A stretch of DNA of 64,000 nucleotides, taken from sequence record NZ_CP120537.1. One strand, written 5' to 3'. Positions 59,187 to 64,000 of this stretch are shown here, in pieces. How positions within the stretch are numbered: position 1 is the first letter of the stretch; every line of letters begins with the position of its first letter. The notes beneath the pieces are model-generated. The model did not search any database. It saw only the letters and a program-made list of their open reading frames with translations, and was not told where the DNA came from. The translations under genes were made by a program, and so were the position numbers. This DNA comes from a plasmid.

Positions 59187-59362
59187 TGGTGCACTATACA
59201 TTGGTGTTGTTATGTCAGTGCATTATACATCGGTTTTTCATACTTACTACACTAGAGTTTACTTAGTGAAGTTAAGGTAGACTTAAATTGCACTTTTATA
59301 TCGATTACGCGCGCGTCCATTATATGATGTTGTTTATTTTTAGAGGATAGAACATAACCACA
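59187..59362. promoter_or_regulatory. Probable res site / divergent promoter region between tnpR and tnpA.
   Basis: Positional inference from Tn3-family organisation. Confidence 0.4.
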
Positions 59363-62300
59363 ATGAAAGAGATTAAATCAGGCCGTATTCAAATTTTGAC
59401 AGAACAGGAGATTCATGAGCTCTATTCTCGTCCAATATTTAATCAAATTGAGCGTGAAGAATATTTTTCATTAGATCCGAGTATAAAAAAAATCCTCACT
59501 AAAATGGGAAAAATTGAAACGAAAATATATTTAATTCTTCTGATTGGTTATTTTCGCGCGAAGCCTGTTGTCGCTCAATTTAAACTACGAGAGGTTAAAC
59601 AAGATGTCGACTATATTTATGCGACACATTTTCCAAATAGAAAGCCGAAATACCCCTTTATTGCTAAAAGTACTCGAGCAACATTGATCGCTAAAATGCA
59701 TGAAATACTGGGTTTTTCGCGGTTATTAAGACAAGATAAACAAGCCTTGATAGAGCGTTTGGGTGATGTCGCAACAATCTGTACATACCCCAAATATATT
59801 TTTGATGAATGCCTCGCTTTTTTAGGTCAAAACAGAATTGGATTAGTGGGTTATTCCACTTTGCAAAATATGATCACCACGGTTTTAGCTAATGAGAGGC
59901 ATCGTACCGAGTTGATCCTTTCAAATAGCGTGCCACCAATAATACATAAAAAATTAAAGAAGATACTGCATACAAAAGGGGTTTTAAATAGTCTATCTGG
60001 CCAACAAGGCGCAGCTAAAGATTTTACACCGACAGAGCTCGCAAGTGAAATTGAAACGCATAATGCCATAAAAAGTGTTTATCCCGACGTAAAACGTCTT
60101 GTTGGTGAATTGGGATTATCATTAGGTAATTTAAGCTATTATGCATCGATTATTCAACATCAATCGATTTATAAAATTCGTCGATTTCCCGAATGGCAAG
60201 GCATGTTATATCTGGTTTGTTATCTATTTTTTCGCTACCAAGAAACTAATGATAAATTGGTAACAGCTTTTTTATATGTGACGAGAAAGCAAAGGGAAGC
60301 TGCGAGTGCTTTAGCTAAGTTACGCATTGCAGAAGAACTGGAAATTATTCGTGAAAAGTTAATGCATGCGGGTAATATTTTACACCTCTTTGTTGATGAA
60401 AACGTCAGTGACAATACGCAATTTGGTGATATTCGCCAAAATGCATTTGCAATGATGTCTAAAGATGAAATTCAGTTAATAAGTCAACATCTTAATAAGA
60501 ATAGTTTTGATAAAACCCATTATGAGTGGCTATACATTGATACACAATACAGAAAAATTGCGAATACAATGAGGTCACTCTTTCTCGCGATTGATATCGA
60601 GTGCGAACCAGGATTACAACTACTATCTTCCCAATTATTAACAGCAAAATCAGAACTTCAAAAAGATAAGCACATTTCTACCGTCGATCAGCGGTTACTG
60701 TTAAAAAACGATAAACCTTTTATCCTGATAGATGAACAGGTTAATACTCAACGATTTGAATACTATTTATACCAAAAAGTGGCTCGGATGATTGAGAGTA
60801 ACAATATTTACATCAATGAAAGCGCCAGCAACAAGCGTTTAGACGATGATCTGATTTCAGCCACCGAGTGGAAAAAAAGCCATGTCATCATTCAAAAAAC
60901 AGGATTAACTCGGCTCAATACACCGATACAACAAACGCTTTCGGAATTAACGCAAAAACTGAGAGACCAAATGGAGCGAATTGGTCGCAATATCCATGAT
61001 GGAGCCAATGATTTCGTGACACTTCAACCGCGTTCAAATCAGTTAACATGGAAACTGGCGAATAAACGCTGGAAAGATGACATTGATAATCCCATATATA
61101 ACCAGCTCCAACATATGGGGATCATTGAAATTATGGACTATGTTCATCAAAAAACGGGTTACTTAGATGCATTTAAAAATATCGCATCAAAAAAGAAAAA
61201 CACTAAGGCCAAAGAGGGCGATTTACTCGCTTGCATATTTGGAAATGGCTCAAACTATGGTGTTCATCATATGTCATCAATATCAGATAGAGCCATCGGT
61301 GTGCTTAGAGCCGTCAATGATGGTTATATTAGGCCTGAAACAACGAGTGAAGCTAATGATATGATAGCTGATGCTTTAGCAAAACTCCCCATTTTCAAAT
61401 ATTATACGATTAACGAAAGTGCCCCATTTGGTAGTATTGATGGCCAAAAACATGGTTGCCGAATCAATACATTTAAAGCCCGTTTTTCTGCTAAATATTT
61501 CCGAAAAGGGAAAGGCGTATCAGCACTCACATTAGTTTCAAATCATGTACCAATAAATACGAAAGTGATTTCAGCCAATGAATATGAGGCTCACCACGCA
61601 TTCGATTTACTCTATAATAATACCAGCCATATTCAGCCCAAAACATTAGCAACAGACACGCATGGCGTTAACAATGTAAACTTTGCTATCCTTGATCTCT
61701 TTGGGTATCAGTTTGCCCCGCGATATGCAAAATTTAAACACGTTTTTAATGAATTGTTTGAGATCGAGTATGATGAAATCCTTTCCCTGAAACTTAAAAA
61801 ATCGCTCAACTTATCACTCATTCAAGAAGAGTGGGAAAATATTCAATGGATAATTTGTTCATTAAGCCGTAAAACGACGACACAAAGCACGGTGATTACT
61901 AAGCTTTCTAACAGTAAGAAAAACAATCGCACCTTAGCGGCTCTTCGTGAATATGACCGAATAATTAAGTGTTTATACGTTCTCGATTATGTTGATGACA
62001 AAATGCTCAGGCAGTTTGTCCAACAAGCACTTAATCGGGGTGAGGCTTACCATCAATTACGGCGTGCAATTGCGTCAATTAATGGTAATCAATTCAGAGG
62101 TGGCGATGATTACCAGATAGAACAATGGAATGATTGTGCTCGTATCATTGCTAACTGCATTATTTATTATAATTCTGCATTATTATCCAGTTTGATTGAA
62201 AAATTTGCGCGTGAAAATAATCAAGAAGCGGTGAATATGATAGCTGAGTTATCACCTGTCGCATGGCAGCATATACAGCTGGCCGGTAATTACACCTTTG

Positions 62301-62389
62301 GCCTTAAAAAAGATAATATTGTACTGGAAAGATTACTGGAGAATTTAGATCCTCTTATTTCAGAAGAGTCGTTAAGCTTAGCGGCATAG
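59363..62389 (+). CDS. tnpA: Tn3-family DDE transposase.
   Basis: 1008 aa; Tn3 TnpA-like N-terminus; size typical of the family. Confidence 0.9.
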   Translation: MKEIKSGRIQILTEQEIHELYSRPIFNQIEREEYFSLDPSIKKILTKMGKIETKIYLILLIGYFRAKPVVAQFKLREVKQDVDYIYATHFPNRKPKYPFIAKSTRATLIAKMHEILGFSRLLRQDKQALIERLGDVATICTYPKYIFDECLAFLGQNRIGLVGYSTLQNMITTVLANERHRTELILSNSVPPIIHKKLKKILHTKGVLNSLSGQQGAAKDFTPTELASEIETHNAIKSVYPDVKRLVGELGLSLGNLSYYASIIQHQSIYKIRRFPEWQGMLYLVCYLFFRYQETNDKLVTAFLYVTRKQREAASALAKLRIAEELEIIREKLMHAGNILHLFVDENVSDNTQFGDIRQNAFAMMSKDEIQLISQHLNKNSFDKTHYEWLYIDTQYRKIANTMRSLFLAIDIECEPGLQLLSSQLLTAKSELQKDKHISTVDQRLLLKNDKPFILIDEQVNTQRFEYYLYQKVARMIESNNIYINESASNKRLDDDLISATEWKKSHVIIQKTGLTRLNTPIQQTLSELTQKLRDQMERIGRNIHDGANDFVTLQPRSNQLTWKLANKRWKDDIDNPIYNQLQHMGIIEIMDYVHQKTGYLDAFKNIASKKKNTKAKEGDLLACIFGNGSNYGVHHMSSISDRAIGVLRAVNDGYIRPETTSEANDMIADALAKLPIFKYYTINESAPFGSIDGQKHGCRINTFKARFSAKYFRKGKGVSALTLVSNHVPINTKVISANEYEAHHAFDLLYNNTSHIQPKTLATDTHGVNNVNFAILDLFGYQFAPRYAKFKHVFNELFEIEYDEILSLKLKKSLNLSLIQEEWENIQWIICSLSRKTTTQSTVITKLSNSKKNNRTLAALREYDRIIKCLYVLDYVDDKMLRQFVQQALNRGEAYHQLRRAIASINGNQFRGGDDYQIEQWNDCARIIANCIIYYNSALLSSLIEKFARENNQEAVNMIAELSPVAWQHIQLAGNYTFGLKKDNIVLERLLENLDPLISEESLSLAA

Positions 62390-62748
62390 TCTATTAATAT
62401 TATTAAACTATATATCGGCTGTAGTCCTTGATATCAAAGGGCTACAAGCAAACTTTGGACTTTTCGATGAAATGGGCACACAACCCCATATAGGAATTAA
62501 ACCTGAATATTTGGCTATGTTATACCGAACCACTGGTGATTTAGATGGATTGAAACTCCCAAAAAGAAATCGTCATGGAAAAGTAAAAATGAGTGAAGTT
62601 TTATTGTTTAAAAAGGAGTTTGAAAATAAAAATGAAGGAGGGTAAATCTCTAGTATTGCTTTATTTTAAATTTTTGGAACGTAAAAAAGTGTGGGGTATT
62701 TACACGATGTAAATACCCCATTTATAACACAGTCATCTCGTAGAATAT

Positions 62749-63558
62749 TTATGCCGCACTTCGGTACTCAAATGGCGTCATGTCATTGAGTGAATCGTGC
62801 GGCCGTTCGTTGTTGTATAGCTCAATCCAGTCTTCGGTTATTTGCTTCACTTCGTTCAGGTTGTTGAAAATGTAGCAATTGAGTACATCATCGCGATAAG
62901 TTCGGTTAAATCGTTCAATGTATGCGTTTTGATATGGGCAACCGGGTTTAATGTAATCAATCATAATGTCATGTGCTTTTGCCCAATTTACAAACACTTC
63001 CGAGGTGAATTCGCTGCCATTATCAACCCGAATTTTCTCAGGGTAACCGTGCCACTCAGCAAGTTGGTCAAGATAGCGTATGACACGCAATGACGGCATG
63101 CTGGTCGCAATATCAATACCTAAAACTTCGCGATTAAAGTCATCAATAACGTTAAATGTGCGGAACCTGACTTTGTTGTGCAAGCTGTCACTCATAAAGT
63201 CCATTGACCAAGATTTTCCCAATGCATTCGGTGCAGCTAACGGCTCTGGGTTACGGTTGGGCAGTCGCTTTTTGCCTTTGCGTCGTAGGTTCAGTTTTAG
63301 CTCCTTATAAACGCGATAAACACGTTTGTGGTTCCAACTGTGGCCTAGCTTTCGAAGGCGTTTAAAGCACTTCGGGAACCCCCACCGATAATGCTTGTCG
63401 ATTAAAGCATTCAAGGCATCAATGATTTCGTCATCATCGGTCAGCTTTGGCTCGTAATAGTAAGCGGTACGACTGATACCAACCACATGACAGCACTTCA
63501 CTACGCTTGCGTTATACTGCACCTGTAACTCGTGTGCCCAGACTTTCCGTTCTGCCAC
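62749..63558 (-). CDS. IS3-family transposase OrfB (DDE integrase core).
   Basis: '...HGYPEKIRVDNGSEFTS...' rve-domain pattern; GTG start in the ORF track (expressed by -1 frameshift from orfA). Confidence 0.8.
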   Translation of the reverse strand: MAERKVWAHELQVQYNASVVKCCHVVGISRTAYYYEPKLTDDDEIIDALNALIDKHYRWGFPKCFKRLRKLGHSWNHKRVYRVYKELKLNLRRKGKKRLPNRNPEPLAAPNALGKSWSMDFMSDSLHNKVRFRTFNVIDDFNREVLGIDIATSMPSLRVIRYLDQLAEWHGYPEKIRVDNGSEFTSEVFVNWAKAHDIMIDYIKPGCPYQNAYIERFNRTYRDDVLNCYIFNNLNEVKQITEDWIELYNNERPHDSLNDMTPFEYRSAA

Positions 63559-63563
63559 AGGCG

Positions 63564-63824
63564 CTAGAGCTTTTTTATGATGTCTTCTTGCATCTGTGAC
63601 TTGAGACTCAACTCAGCATACATCTGCTTACGTCGACGGTTCTCTTCTTCAAGCTCTTTCAAGCGGCGCACATCAGACGCTTCCATACCGCCGTATTTTT
63701 CGCGCCATTTATAAAACGTTGAATTACTGATGCCGTACTTACGACAAATATCTTTCACCGGCATACCCGCTTCGGCTTCTTTTAAAATCGCCACAATCTG
63801 GCTTTCAGTCATGCGTTTGCTCAT
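63564..63824 (-). CDS. IS3-family transposase OrfA (HTH).
   Basis: 'ICRKYGISNSTFYKWREKY' typical IS3 OrfA HTH; leucine-zipper-like C-terminus. Confidence 0.8.
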   Translation of the reverse strand: MSKRMTESQIVAILKEAEAGMPVKDICRKYGISNSTFYKWREKYGGMEASDVRRLKELEEENRRRKQMYAELSLKSQMQEDIIKKL

Positions 63825-64000
63825 CGTAAAACTCCTTTGGCGCGTGAATCACCTTGTGTCTGAAGTCGTGCGTATTGGACAAGTGGCCAACGAACATACC
63901 TCGACGTCAAAAAGCGGACAAGCGTCGTCATTTTGAGTATCCTAGCCACTTAAGATGTGACGTGTGAAAGGCGGATTGATGAAACCCAAACAGACCCCGA

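Larger units (their letters stand above)
62700..63960 (-). mobile_element. IS3-family insertion sequence (boundaries approximate).
   Basis: orfA + orfB with an A AAA AAG slippery motif at the orfA end; DDE integrase core in orfB. Confidence 0.7.

Noticed and set aside
62679-62716. GGGGTATTTACATCGTGTAAATACCCC (reverse strand) considered as the right terminal inverted repeat of the Tn3-family transposon.
   Set aside because: It shares only GGGG with the left inverted repeat at 57573 and is itself a simple hairpin. More likely a terminator.

Overview
This window looks like a segment of an F-like conjugative plasmid (MOBF relaxase, F-type mating-pair-formation system); it has moderate GC and probably comes from a gamma-proteobacterium. 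All derived coordinates are hand-counted and may be off by about 2 bp, especially near homopolymer runs; features taken from the ORF track use its coordinates. Backbone, in order: (1) a parA/parB-like partition operon flanked by four copies of a 16-bp palindrome; (2) a LexA-box-controlled umuD/umuC-like (rumAB/mucAB family) operon, with umuC split by a ~2.8-kb insertion carrying two genes; (3) a leading region on the + strand with two ~400-bp direct repeats resembling Frpo/ssi single-strand promoters, an ArdB/KlcA antirestriction gene, an orphan N6-adenine DNA methyltransferase, a large ParB-nuclease-domain protein and a lytic transglycosylase next to oriT; (4) an oriT with an F-like nic motif on the minus strand and a GTGGGCTA repeat array; (5) a nearly complete F-order tra operon: traM-traJ-traY-traA-L-E-K-B-(rfaH-like)-V-C-trbI-traW-U-trbC-traN-traF-trbB-traH-G-traR-traD-traI. 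An ops-like element sits upstream of traA; traX, traT and a recognisable traS are absent. (6) A RepFIIA-like replicon (leader peptide translationally coupled to repA, antisense-RNA-like stem-loops) and finO. (7) An accessory mosaic: a Gabija system (gajA/gajB) abutting a 38-bp Tn3-family inverted repeat; a small AT-rich protein with a DGRHR motif; a ~250-bp miniature element bounded by Tn3-type inverted repeats; pseudogene fragments; a Tn3-family module (dinJ-yafQ, tnpR, tnpA); and an IS3-family element. The most novel-looking feature is the two-gene cargo inside umuC. It encodes a DGQHR-motif (DndB/ParB-Srx-fold) protein and a 294-aa protein with no recognisable domains, bounded by 8-bp terminal inverted repeats and an imperfect direct repeat. 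I propose it as a candidate undescribed defence-like mobile cassette.
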